NCBI GenBank assembly: GCA_000175855.1
Contig: ACYB01000022.1
Coordinates: 60,001-92,000 of the forward strand
Direction: 5' to 3'
DNA: 32,000 nt
Source of the DNA: Raphidiopsis brookii D9
Lineage (GTDB): Bacteria; Cyanobacteriota; Cyanobacteriia; Cyanobacteriales; Nostocaceae
In this document: positions 18,954-28,359 of the stretch, piece after piece
How the letters are laid out: the number at the start of each line of letters is the position of its first letter
Numbering within the stretch: the first letter of the stretch is position 1
The notes under the pieces: generated by a model
The model's input: the letters and a program-made list of their open reading frames with translations, nothing else
What the model was told of the DNA's origin: nothing
The model's database searches: none
Translations under genes and position numbers: made by a program

Positions 18954-19292
18954 ATTTGCTGCTGAAGCGTTTAGGGAACATCACTGACAAACCTAATCGT
19001 TAATTAGGGGGGTAATTTGTAATCGACTAGGTTTGTATTCATTGATCATTCCTATTGCAGCAAATGCTCATTTTGTTTATTCGTTTAACAAACTGTAAGA
19101 GACTCACTCTTTTTTTGTTTGTCTAGTTCAATGTAACCCCCTTTCAAAGTCTCTGGTTGCCAAGTTGGCACTTAGTTGAGATTTTATCAAAAAATTCTGT
19201 TTCCTGGTAACATCATACATTATTGTATTATACATTTACCGGACTTGACTACTGAATTTGAAACTTCATATTTTTGCTTATTATAACCAACC

Positions 19293-21038
19293 ATGATTTC
19301 ACAAAAGAATAATATAAAGTTACCATACCAACGCTGGCACATAGCAAAGCAAAACCAAGAACTAGCTCAAAATTTAGCAAGTGTCAATAATGTTTCTCCC
19401 ATTATAGGTCAGTTGTTAATTAATAGAGGTATGGAAACACCAGAAATAGCTACTAGATTTATCAATCCTGAATGTATAAATTTACCCTCTCCCTTAGATG
19501 AGTTCCCGGATTTAGTCATCAGTGTAGAATTATTGGCAAGTGCTATTAGAAACCATGAGAAAATTGCTATCTGCGGGGATTATGATGCTGATGGCATGAC
19601 TAGTACAGCTTTGCTGTTACGCAGTCTTGGAGCTTTAGGTGCAAACATTGATTATGCTATTCCCAGTAGAATGCACGAGGGTTATGGAATCAATAAACGA
19701 ATTGTGGAAGAATTTCACCGTGAAGGGGTCAGTTTAATTCTAACCGTAGATAATGGTATTGCTGCTTTTGAACCTATTGCAAGAGCAAAAGAGTTGGGTT
19801 TGAAAGTGATTATTACGGATCACCATGATTTACCTCCCCAATTACCAATTGCTGATGCAATTCTTAACCCCAAATTAATATCTCTATCTTCTCCTTATAG
19901 AGGTCTTGCTGGTGTGGGTGTAGCCTATGTTTTAGCTGTATGTTTAGCTCAACATTTGGAAAAAATCACAGGTCTAGTTCAACCTATGTTGGATTTATTT
20001 ACTTTGGGAACTATTGCTGACCTAGCTCCTTTAACTGGTGTTAATCGTCGTTGGATAAAACGGGGCTTAAAATCATTATATAAGTCCAATTTACCTGGTG
20101 TTCAGGCTTTAATTCAAGTCTCTGGGGTACAAGATTCTAAGTCTTTAAAACCAGAAGATATTGGATTTCGTCTGGGACCAAGAATCAATGCTGTGGGTAG
20201 AATTGGCAATCCTCAAATTGTGATCGAATTACTAACTACGGATGATATGGGAATTGCTTTGGAACGAGCAATGCAATGTGAGCAAATAAATGCTGAACGT
20301 CAAAAAATCTGTGAGGAAATCCAAGGAGAGGCAATATTATTGGTTGAAAATTTATATGCACAAAATTTGCATCAAGACCGAGTTCTGGTCGTAGTCAAAG
20401 ATAATTGGCATCACGGTGTAATTGGCATTGTCGCTTCTCGTCTCGTAGAACGTTATGGAGTTCCCGTCTTTATCGGTACTTACGAAAATAATGACCTGGT
20501 TCGTGGTTCCGCAAGGGGAATACCTGAATTTAATGTGTTTGATGCTTTGGAGTTTAGCAGCGATTTACTACATAAACATGGTGGACATAAAGCTGCTGCT
20601 GGGTTTTCTTTACCCGCAGCTAATCTAGAAAATTTTCGATTGCGTTTATCAGAGTTTGCCAATCAATGTCTGGAAGTTCAACATCTCAAACCACTATTAA
20701 GAATAGATGGTCAAATCAATTTTTGTCAGATCAATCGGGATTTATTCCAACAGTTGAATATTCTTCATCCCTGTGGAATTGAAAACCCTGACCCTATGTT
20801 TTGGACTCCCCAAGTACGGGTGGTAGAACAGCAAATGATTGGTAAGGGTAGTATTAAGTTGACTTTGGCTCAAATCATAGATAATACAAGATATGAAATT
20901 AGAGCTTTGGCTTGGCGATGGGGTGATTATTTCCCTTTACCCTTCACTATTGATATTGCTTATAAGTTGCGGGAAAATAACTTTAATGGTGCGAATGATA
21001 TTGAGTTGGAGTTGGTCGGTGTTAGGTTACCTCAATAG
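19293..21038 (+). CDS. recJ: Single-stranded-DNA-specific exonuclease RecJ
   Basis: 581 aa with DHH-family motifs (GDYDADGMTS, VDNGI, ITDHHD) and DHHA1-like GGHKAAAG. Confidence 0.92.
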   Translation: MISQKNNIKLPYQRWHIAKQNQELAQNLASVNNVSPIIGQLLINRGMETPEIATRFINPECINLPSPLDEFPDLVISVELLASAIRNHEKIAICGDYDADGMTSTALLLRSLGALGANIDYAIPSRMHEGYGINKRIVEEFHREGVSLILTVDNGIAAFEPIARAKELGLKVIITDHHDLPPQLPIADAILNPKLISLSSPYRGLAGVGVAYVLAVCLAQHLEKITGLVQPMLDLFTLGTIADLAPLTGVNRRWIKRGLKSLYKSNLPGVQALIQVSGVQDSKSLKPEDIGFRLGPRINAVGRIGNPQIVIELLTTDDMGIALERAMQCEQINAERQKICEEIQGEAILLVENLYAQNLHQDRVLVVVKDNWHHGVIGIVASRLVERYGVPVFIGTYENNDLVRGSARGIPEFNVFDALEFSSDLLHKHGGHKAAAGFSLPAANLENFRLRLSEFANQCLEVQHLKPLLRIDGQINFCQINRDLFQQLNILHPCGIENPDPMFWTPQVRVVEQQMIGKGSIKLTLAQIIDNTRYEIRALAWRWGDYFPLPFTIDIAYKLRENNFNGANDIELELVGVRLPQ

Positions 21039-21043
21039 TATCA

Positions 21044-21067
21044 TCAAAGCTGCAATTACAGCTTTGA
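21044..21067. terminator. Hairpin between convergent recJ and psb30
   Basis: TCAAAGCTG (21044-21052) and CAGCTTTGA (21059-21067) form a 9-bp stem with a 6-nt loop. A stem this short is expected by chance several times per window, so support is mostly positional. Confidence 0.35.
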
Positions 21068-21086
21068 CGTAAACTAGTTCAATTGT

Positions 21087-21206
21087 TTAAAGATCCCCGT
21101 TACGAAAAGCGAGTACAAAAATTACAGCGGGTCCAGCAAGGACAATTAATGCTACACAGGTCAATTGAAACACGACTTCCCAGTTGATATTAGCTAGAGC
21201 TTCCAT
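21087..21206 (-). CDS. psb30: Photosystem II reaction centre protein Psb30 (Ycf12)
   Basis: 39-codon ORF below the track cutoff: [39 protein letters not shown]. It is a single TM helix with the Ycf12 pattern QLT...AGP..I..LA.R.G(N/D)L at the C-terminus. GGAGG (complement of 21211-21215) lies 4 nt upstream of the ATG. Confidence 0.8.
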   Translation of the reverse strand: MEALANINWEVVFQLTCVALIVLAGPAVIFVLAFRNGDL

Positions 21207-21338
21207 TTTTCCTCCCAAGGGGTTTAAAAAATTAAATAATTCAAATTGCTCAAGGGCAATTTTTCCTACTATATCAATATACCAAAAAACAGGATCAGTT
21301 CATGTCTGTTTTTGTTTCATCTATTATGGAGGTATTTT

Positions 21339-21692
21339 ATGGCTACTTGGCAATGTGTTAAGCAGTGTGGTGCTTGCTGTCATCTTGATCCTAGCGATCG
21401 CCCCTATTTATCCGATTATCTCTCACCTACAGAACTCTCACTCTATCTCCGTTTGGTAGGTGAGGATGGTTGGTGTGTTAATTTTGATCGTCAAACACGG
21501 GAATGTACTATTTATAGGGATCGTCCTTCATTTTGTCGGGTAGAGTCTAAAACTTTTGAAAAGATGTATGGTATCAAACCAGAGGAATTAAATGACTTCG
21601 CTATTGACTGTTGTCATCAACAGATAGATTCTGTATATGGCGATCGCAGTTTAGAAATGATTCGATTTAAGCACATCCTAGGTCTTGAGTAA
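21339..21692 (+). CDS. YkgJ family cysteine-cluster (zinc/iron-chelating, CxxCxxCC) protein
   Basis: MATWQCVKQCGACCH carries the CxxCGxCC signature, and further Cys residues follow. GGAGG at 21328-21332 lies 6 nt before ATG 21339. The track start at 21246 adds an unlikely low-complexity leader. Confidence 0.78.
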   Translation: MATWQCVKQCGACCHLDPSDRPYLSDYLSPTELSLYLRLVGEDGWCVNFDRQTRECTIYRDRPSFCRVESKTFEKMYGIKPEELNDFAIDCCHQQIDSVYGDRSLEMIRFKHILGLE

Positions 21693-21747
21693 GGATCTTT
21701 TTTAAAAACTTGTCATTGGTGATTACTTATGAGATAATGATAAAAAT

Positions 21748-22103
21748 ATGAAAAAATCCGTTAGCACTGTGAAAATTGATACTTTGGATTTAACCATTAC
21801 TGCACCCCAGACAAAAAAGTCTGACTCGGTTTGGGTGGTGTTTGCAACGACCTTCATTACCATTTTTTGGCGGAAATAGGTGATAAGACTCAATTATCAA
21901 CATTATTAATGAGTGCCCAATCCCATGCGCCTTGGTTAGTATTCCTGGGAGCAGGAGCTGCTTTGGTAACCACCAGTTTACTAGGAGTGCTGCTTGGTGG
22001 TTTTATTGCTAGTAGACTTAGTCCTAAAACAGTAGAAAAATCAGCGGGATTGGTACTACTGTTAGTTTCTTCCATGTTATTTTGGGACGTGATTCACGGT
22101 TAA
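21748..22103 (+). pseudogene. UPF0016/GDT1 (TMEM165) family half-transporter, first gene of a pair, with a frame interruption in a T run
   Basis: ATG 21748 opens MKKSVSTVKIDTLDLTITAPQTKKSDSVWVVFATTFITIF, then WRK and TAG at 21877-21879. The next frame continues LAEIGDKTQLSTLL to the stop at 22103. Joined, the two give FITIFLAEIGDKTQL, which parallels FITVFLSELGDKSQL in the downstream paralogue. Confidence 0.72.
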
Positions 22104-22120
22104 GTTAATCAATTAATATA

Positions 22121-22426
22121 ATGATGGGTATAGATATGGATTGGAATCTTCTGGGAATTAGCTTTATTACCGTGTTTCTTTCCGAACTGGGTGATAAGAG
22201 TCAACTAGCTGCGATCGCATTGTCTGGTCAAGGACAATCTAGAAAGGCTATATTTTTTGGCACCGCAGCTGCGCTGGTGTTCACTAGTTTGCTGGGTGTG
22301 TTAGCTGGGGGAGCGGTAGCACAATTATTACCCACTAGAATCTTAAAGACAATTGCAGCTATTGGTTTTGCTGTTTTGGCTATTCGTCTTTTACTACCTG
22401 GGAATGAAGACGATCGCGCTTCCTAA
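22121..22426 (+). CDS. UPF0016/GDT1 (TMEM165) family half-transporter, second gene of the pair (putative Mn2+/Ca2+ cation transporter subunit)
   Basis: 101 aa with three hydrophobic segments and the E-x-G-D-K-S motif (SELGDKSQLAAIAL). It starts 17 nt after the first half ends. Confidence 0.85.
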   Translation: MMGIDMDWNLLGISFITVFLSELGDKSQLAAIALSGQGQSRKAIFFGTAAALVFTSLLGVLAGGAVAQLLPTRILKTIAAIGFAVLAIRLLLPGNEDDRAS

Positions 22427-22461
22427 AAGCGATCGCCTTATATGGTCAAACCTGAGTTAAA

Positions 22462-22965
22462 CTAGATTGCCATGATTTCTCTGTCATTCCAACAGCGATT
22501 AAATAACCAACCAGCTCCTACTAACTTAATAACTTCTAGGATAAAATAACCACCATGTAGTAGGTTCATGGTTTCTGGGACTGTACCAGGTGTGACCACC
22601 AAACTCAAATTACTACCCAGGGCGGACATTTGGGGGGTGAGGAGATAGGTATCTAATAGGGCCACCATGAGCAATAAACAGGACCAACATATACAACTTA
22701 GGTTCCACTTTGACTTGGCTTTACCTATAGCCAATATGGCGGTCAATACTACTGCAGCAGCTACTAACTCCACACGGTTAAAATTCCAAAAAATGGTATA
22801 GCCCGCCATGGTAAAATTTGCTTCTTTCATCATACCAGTAATGTAAAGACTGGGCATGATTAACCCATCTAGTACCATGCTAGCGCTGAGCCAAAAACCC
22901 AGGGTGAAGATCACGGTGGTTTGCCAACCGGATCTTTTAAATTGAAGGTTAGATATATTGTTCAT
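22462..22965 (-). CDS. Hypothetical integral membrane protein (about 4 TM segments)
   Basis: 167-aa ORF with four long hydrophobic stretches. I recognise no family with confidence. Confidence 0.6.
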   Translation of the reverse strand: MNNISNLQFKRSGWQTTVIFTLGFWLSASMVLDGLIMPSLYITGMMKEANFTMAGYTIFWNFNRVELVAAAVVLTAILAIGKAKSKWNLSCICWSCLLLMVALLDTYLLTPQMSALGSNLSLVVTPGTVPETMNLLHGGYFILEVIKLVGAGWLFNRCWNDREIMAI

Positions 22966-23128
22966 AAAACTATGATTGCTGTAATTCTTTTAATTACGTA
23001 ATTAGGGTGTCTGAGAACACTAGAAAATCAGGTTGGGAAAATTGCCGACTACCTAAAGTGCCATACTATTTTAGTTTCTATCCAAAAATCCAATTTGACA
23101 ACGAATATGAACCAAATGTTACAAATCG

Positions 23129-24301
23129 TTATCTTTCTCCCAGGGATGGGGTAATAACCTGCTGGGGAATAACTTCTGTCATCACCTGACCAGAACTACC
23201 ACCCTTAACGATAATATTTTCCGTTGCCAAATTGCCAATAGCGGTTGACCCTTGGAAAGTCAGGGGTGGTTCCATCTGATGATAAATGACCTTTCCCTGA
23301 GCTTCGACCAATTTTCGCTCTAAATACCAAGTAAGTCGGTCTGATTTTAAATATTGATTACGTTGCCCAATTGCCTTAACATCACCTGTTAAATAAACCG
23401 TTTTCTGTAGCAATTTCATTTCCGCTTGATTGCCAGATACTGTTATATTCTCCCCTTGATGAATTACCCTTACGGGCACATTACTTTTGACAATTTCTTG
23501 ATTAATATCCCAGGAGATCGCATTGCTATTAATTTGCATTGGTGGGTTAATTAACTGGAGTTTGGCTTCCGGTCCTAGGGTAGTAATTTTGGTTTTCAAA
23601 TTAACCTCTATACCCTTTCCTTGAGCGCGATCAGTAAATTGATTGTTTTGATAACGTTGAATTTCCACAGGGCGATCGCCCACCAACTTTTCTGATTGAA
23701 CTTGCCAAAGTAGGCGTTCGGTTTTGATTTGTAATTTAGGGTCATTAGAAACGGCAAATACCTGACCGGTAAACTCCACTTGTTGTTGACGAGTTTTAAC
23801 TCTAGCTTCCTGGGCGGTGGCTTTCAATTGACGATGACGACCATTAAACTGATTACGGACTATTAATAAATCTTCCTGGGGTCGCCATTCTAATTCATTC
23901 CCTTCCAATATTGCTCCATTACGAGGATCTCTAGCCACAATCTTACCCTTGAGCACAAGTTTTTTACCATCTTGCTGAATATCCGCCGTTTCTGCTTTAA
24001 TTGTATAAACTACTTTACCATCTTGATATAGTTCACCCTGGGGATTTTTGGCTTGACCAATTTCCTTTTCTTTAGTATATTTTGCCTCCCGTGCTTGCAC
24101 CTTCCAAAATGGTTTGCCATCCTGGTCAAATTGCTCCAAACTAACACCAAAAAAAGTCAACTGACTATCACTCCTCAACCTATCAGAATCAGAATTATTC
24201 TCCACTGGAGAAATAGTAGATGAACCCGAGCAACCAAATAATCCCGTTAACAATAATAAAATCACTGACAAATAACTAAAATTTTTAGGCATATTTAACA
24301 T
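23129..24301 (-). CDS. Putative lipoprotein with LptC/LptA (OstA)-like beta-jellyroll repeats
   Basis: From the internal ATG at 24301 the product reads MLNMPKNFSYLSVILLLLTGLFGC, a lipobox LFGC. The rest shows recurring patterns typical of OstA/LptC-family proteins (GKVVYTIKAETADIQQDGKKLVLKGKIVARD, LTGDVKAIGQ...DRLTWY). The family call is by eye only. Confidence 0.5.
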   Translation of the reverse strand: MLNMPKNFSYLSVILLLLTGLFGCSGSSTISPVENNSDSDRLRSDSQLTFFGVSLEQFDQDGKPFWKVQAREAKYTKEKEIGQAKNPQGELYQDGKVVYTIKAETADIQQDGKKLVLKGKIVARDPRNGAILEGNELEWRPQEDLLIVRNQFNGRHRQLKATAQEARVKTRQQQVEFTGQVFAVSNDPKLQIKTERLLWQVQSEKLVGDRPVEIQRYQNNQFTDRAQGKGIEVNLKTKITTLGPEAKLQLINPPMQINSNAISWDINQEIVKSNVPVRVIHQGENITVSGNQAEMKLLQKTVYLTGDVKAIGQRNQYLKSDRLTWYLERKLVEAQGKVIYHQMEPPLTFQGSTAIGNLATENIIVKGGSSGQVMTEVIPQQVITPSLGER

Positions 24302-24400
24302 ATAAAAGCACATAAAACTGTAGCGGGAGGAATTGGATTTACTTCCCCTCAAGAAATTGCGCATTAACGCTCCCATAATTCCCGCTTAGTTGGTTTTGCA

Positions 24401-25078
24401 TTATTCTGGAATCTGTAAATGTCCTTCACTATCTTGATGGTCGTCCAAGAATCCCATACTGGATAATGGTCTGTAGGGATAACCCTGACGAGGTGTCTTT
24501 TGGATATCCTCCCTAATCGCTTCCAAATCAATATAGCGATCGCTCACATTAATCAAGCTGTCACTGGTCATGGAGCGTAGACTAACAACTTCCACCCTGA
24601 CACCACGATAACTGACCGAGTTAACAGCATAGGCCAAATCGCCATCACCGCTGACCAAAACTGCGGTGTCATAGGAGTCTACTAAAGCCATCATATCCAC
24701 AGCTATCTCCACATCTAGGTTAGCTTTTTTGGAACCATCTGGCAATTGTACCAAATCCTTAGCTATGACTCGATAACCATTGCGACGCATCCACAACAAA
24801 AATCCCTGTTGCTTCTCATTAGTCCGGTCTACACCGGTATAGAAAAAAGCCCGTAATAGCCTTGATCCACCAGTCAACCGACATAATAGTTTAGTGTAAT
24901 CAATTTCGATACCTAATTGCAAAGCTGCATAAAATAAATTTGAGCCATCAATAAATATTGCCACTCGACCCCGATTTTCCAAAACCTGTTCTGGCGTAAA
25001 AATCGAGTCATTTTCCAAATTATTCAACATCATTGTTAGACCTCGGTTGTTATCCATGTCGTCTGCGATAGAAATCAT
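24401..25078 (-). CDS. NYN (LabA-like, PIN-related) domain protein
   Basis: RVAIFIDGSNLFYAA, VLVSGDGDLAYAV and VEVVS motifs are typical of NYN/LabA domains. I preferred the ATG at 25078 to the track TTG at 25180. Confidence 0.78.
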   Translation of the reverse strand: MISIADDMDNNRGLTMMLNNLENDSIFTPEQVLENRGRVAIFIDGSNLFYAALQLGIEIDYTKLLCRLTGGSRLLRAFFYTGVDRTNEKQQGFLLWMRRNGYRVIAKDLVQLPDGSKKANLDVEIAVDMMALVDSYDTAVLVSGDGDLAYAVNSVSYRGVRVEVVSLRSMTSDSLINVSDRYIDLEAIREDIQKTPRQGYPYRPLSSMGFLDDHQDSEGHLQIPE

Positions 25079-25263
25079 TAAATTCACGCCCTTACTAGAT
25101 TGGGTTAATTGACTCAGAAAAATGTCAGTTTTATTACACCTCCCCACGGTAACAAACACCTCCAGCAGTAACCTTTGCAATGAAAAGACAAATGTTGAGA
25201 GGGTTAAATCCGGTTTTTTCCCAACAGACCAAATTCAGTTGTTTAACTCAATAATAGAAATTG

Positions 25264-26865
25264 TTAACTGTCTTTTGGTAGTTCTATCCGTTTGAAAATT
25301 GGCTCAGGTGTGCCTAACTGTTGTTTATTCGATAGTACGCCCCATGTTGCATGGGTAGTAAAAGGTGCAACAGTGGAGGTTTCTTTTGGATTGTTAAAAT
25401 TGATTCCCCATCCTAATTGCTGATAAATATCGCTACTGATATTAGGAATAATTGGCGATAGTAAATAAGCTGCTAGTCTCACCGATTCCAGAACGGTGTA
25501 CAACACTGTTGCTACCTGGTTCTGTTTTCCTTGTTTATATAATGACCAAGGAGCTTGTTCATCTATAAACTTGTTGCTGGTTTGAACTAATAACATTACA
25601 GCTTGGGCTACCTCATTGAAAGCTAAAACTGAATAAGCTTGTTTAACTTTCTCCCCCAATTGCCCACCAATTGTCTTTAAGGTATTCTCAGGGGGAATAT
25701 CTTGTGGAGCAATGGAGGGAATTTCCCCAGCACAGTATTTTTTCACCATGTTCAAAGTACGATTTAACAAATTACCTAAGTCATTGGCTAAATCTGCATT
25801 TAAAACATGAATGAACCTAATTTCATTAAAATCGCCATCCTTACCAAATTCGATTTCCTTAAGGAAGTAATAACGAACAGCATCACTACCATATTTTTTC
25901 ACCAGCGCTACAGGATCAACAGTATTACCCAGAGTCTTCCCCATTTTTTGACCATCTTTAGTCAAAAATCCATGTCCGAATACTTGTTGTGGCAAGGGCA
26001 AATTAGCTGATATCAGCATAGCTGGCCAATATACGGCATGAAATCTTAATATATCTTTACCAATTAAATGTAAGTTAATTGGCCACCATTTAGATACGGC
26101 ATTTTCTAAAGTTGCTTCTGTTCCTGGTTCTAATAGTGCTGTTATGTAGCCTAAAAGTGCATCAAACCAAACATAAAGGGTATGTTCGGTATCCACAGGT
26201 ACAGGAAAGCCCCAATCTAAATTGACCCGCGAAATTGAAAAATCCTGTAAACCTTGACTAACAAAGCTAAGAACTTCATTTCGCCGACTAGCAGGTTGAA
26301 TAAAGTTTGGATGGGATTGATAAAACTCCTCTAGTGGTTTTTGATACTTAGATAAACGAAAAAAGTAATTTTGTTCATCGCGCCATTCTACTTCCTTGGT
26401 GGTATGGATAGGACAGCGCTTACCTTCTATCAGCTCCCTTTCTTCTTTAAACTCTTCACAGGATACGCAGTACCAACCCTTCTGCTCTCCTCGGTATATA
26501 TCACCCTGTTCCCAAACTCTATTAAAAAATTCTTTGACAATTGCCTGATGCTTTAAATCAGTGGTACGACTAAATCGATCATATTGAATGTTCAAAATTT
26601 GCCATAAATCAATAAAACTAGGGACAATTTGATCACAAAATTCCTGGGGTGATTTTCCTTGACTTTGTGCTGATCTTTGGATCTTTTGTCCATGTTCGTC
26701 TGTTCCAGTAATAAATATTACTTCATTACCCAATAAACGCTGAAATCTGGCCATAGTATCTGCAGCTATTGTGGTATAAGCACTACCAATATGGGGAACA
26801 TCGTTTACATAGTATAGGGGTGTGGTCAGGGCAAAGGTTTTTGAAGTTTTATTTGTTAGATTCAT
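25264..26865 (-). CDS. metG: Methionine--tRNA ligase
   Basis: 533 aa. The class I HIGH region (PHIGSAYT), the KMSKS-type KMGKTLGN and a CxxC...CPxH zinc knuckle (WYCVSCEEF...KRCPIH) are all present. Confidence 0.95.
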   Translation of the reverse strand: MNLTNKTSKTFALTTPLYYVNDVPHIGSAYTTIAADTMARFQRLLGNEVIFITGTDEHGQKIQRSAQSQGKSPQEFCDQIVPSFIDLWQILNIQYDRFSRTTDLKHQAIVKEFFNRVWEQGDIYRGEQKGWYCVSCEEFKEERELIEGKRCPIHTTKEVEWRDEQNYFFRLSKYQKPLEEFYQSHPNFIQPASRRNEVLSFVSQGLQDFSISRVNLDWGFPVPVDTEHTLYVWFDALLGYITALLEPGTEATLENAVSKWWPINLHLIGKDILRFHAVYWPAMLISANLPLPQQVFGHGFLTKDGQKMGKTLGNTVDPVALVKKYGSDAVRYYFLKEIEFGKDGDFNEIRFIHVLNADLANDLGNLLNRTLNMVKKYCAGEIPSIAPQDIPPENTLKTIGGQLGEKVKQAYSVLAFNEVAQAVMLLVQTSNKFIDEQAPWSLYKQGKQNQVATVLYTVLESVRLAAYLLSPIIPNISSDIYQQLGWGINFNNPKETSTVAPFTTHATWGVLSNKQQLGTPEPIFKRIELPKDS

Positions 26866-27508
26866 AGATAATAAAAAAGAAATTATTAAACAGTTTTACC
26901 AGCTAGTTAGTTCTGTAAAGCTAGGCAATTATATAACATTACAGCTATTTTTTCCAACTGTGTTTTGATCATGGCAAGTTAATAACCTCACAATTTTTTC
27001 CATTCTATAAACACTAATGATTCTTCCCTGGGATTAGGAGACAATTAGTCAACAATCACATTCCTGGATTTTGATCACTGTAGTCGCAGAGTGTACTCAG
27101 ATCAAAAAACTGGGCAAACCAACGGAAAATCAGGCCTAATCTCTAATTTCTACAGTCCCATCTAATCCCGTTCAGGTTTAAGTATAGAAATGTAAAATAT
27201 TAATTAAGAAAAATGCCAAATTTTTACGCGACATGCAGGAATTAATCGGTAAATAGGTGGGAAAATTTCAGTTTTTAGTATGGACCGATTGTGCTTTGTC
27301 AAATACAATCTCATATCCAGACTTCAACTACCAACCATTGAGATAGATTAACTGCGTCAAGGATTTATTCAGCGATTTCACCTATTTATATATAATTCAT
27401 TCAAACTTCGCTAAAATCTGTAATTATAGTTTCAGACTGAATTAATTTTTATATAGAAAGCTTGATGTAGTTAGCTTTTAATGACTCTATTCCCCGAAAA
27501 ATACCAAG

Positions 27509-28327
27509 ATGATAGATGTGGAACTCAAACTCCGGTTTTTAACCCCCAAACCCCTACAACCAGAATATCCATTGTTTATTTATTTACCAGGAATGGATGG
27601 AACCGGTGAAATGCTACAGTCACAAATTAGCGATTTAGGGCGGGGGTTTGACATTCGTTGTTTAGCAATTCCTAAAACGGATATGAGAGATTGGAACCTA
27701 TTAACCAGAAATGTCCTCGACTTAATTGATATGGAATTGACCACAACATCCGTCAAGAGAGGAAATCGCTCGGTCTATTTGTGTGGTGAATCTTTCGGTG
27801 CTTGTTTGGCCATGAAACTAGCTACCCAGGCACCAAGTTTGTTTAAACGTATTATTCTAATTAATCCCGCTTCTTCTTTTAAACTAAATCCCTGGATCAG
27901 TGTTTCATCCCAAATGACAAATTTAGTGCCATCATGGTTTTATCCCGTGGGTGCTTGGGGGTTGCTACCCTTTTTAGCATCTTTACCTCGCATATCCAGT
28001 CCCCTCCGTCGTCAACTGCTGGAAAGTATGACCTCCCTCCCTGCAGAAACTATTAATTGGCGATTGTCCTTATTGCGTCACTTTCACCTGGACAATGAGA
28101 AAATACAACAAATCAAACAAGAGACACTGTTAATCGCTGGAGCGAGCGATCGCCTGTTACCATCCCTTACAGAGGTAAGAAGATTAGGAAGGATGTTACC
28201 AAATAGTAGGACAGTTATCTTACCTGATAGTGGTCACGCTTGTCTAGTGGAGGAAGAGATAAATCTATATAAAATTCTCCAAGACCAGGGATTTTCCGAG
28301 AAAGTTTCCCTCAATAGAAAATTTTAG
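27509..28327 (+). CDS. Alpha/beta-fold hydrolase
   Basis: 272 aa with the GESFG nucleophile elbow, a late D (GASDRLLP) and H (DSGHACLVEE), consistent with a Ser-Asp-His triad. Confidence 0.82.
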   Translation: MIDVELKLRFLTPKPLQPEYPLFIYLPGMDGTGEMLQSQISDLGRGFDIRCLAIPKTDMRDWNLLTRNVLDLIDMELTTTSVKRGNRSVYLCGESFGACLAMKLATQAPSLFKRIILINPASSFKLNPWISVSSQMTNLVPSWFYPVGAWGLLPFLASLPRISSPLRRQLLESMTSLPAETINWRLSLLRHFHLDNEKIQQIKQETLLIAGASDRLLPSLTEVRRLGRMLPNSRTVILPDSGHACLVEEEINLYKILQDQGFSEKVSLNRKF

Positions 28328-28359
28328 GCCATACTGGAAGCAGGTAAAAACAAGAAAAA

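Noticed and set aside
19158-19180. Palindrome TGCCAA-g-TTGGCA about 120 nt upstream of recJ. It overlaps a TGGCAC-N4-TTGAG string that resembles a sigma-54 -24/-12 promoter.
   Set aside because: Cyanobacteria are not known to encode sigma-54. The spacing and the -12 element are off consensus. A 6-bp palindrome is weak evidence for an operator, and it does not match the cyanobacterial LexA box as I remember it.
27030-27169. Nested inverted repeats in the 643-bp divergent metG/hydrolase spacer. GGGATTAG (27030-27037) pairs with CTAATCCC (27162-27169). TTTTGATC (27069-27076) pairs with GATCAAAA (27100-27107). An alternative partner CCTAATC lies at 27135-27141, which suggested a structured leader or riboswitch.
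   Set aside because: These are 8-bp matches. Among all position pairs in a 640-nt spacer, I estimate a few such matches arise by chance. I recognise no known riboswitch or T-box core sequence. The spacer is still unusually long and could be checked with RNA-seq.
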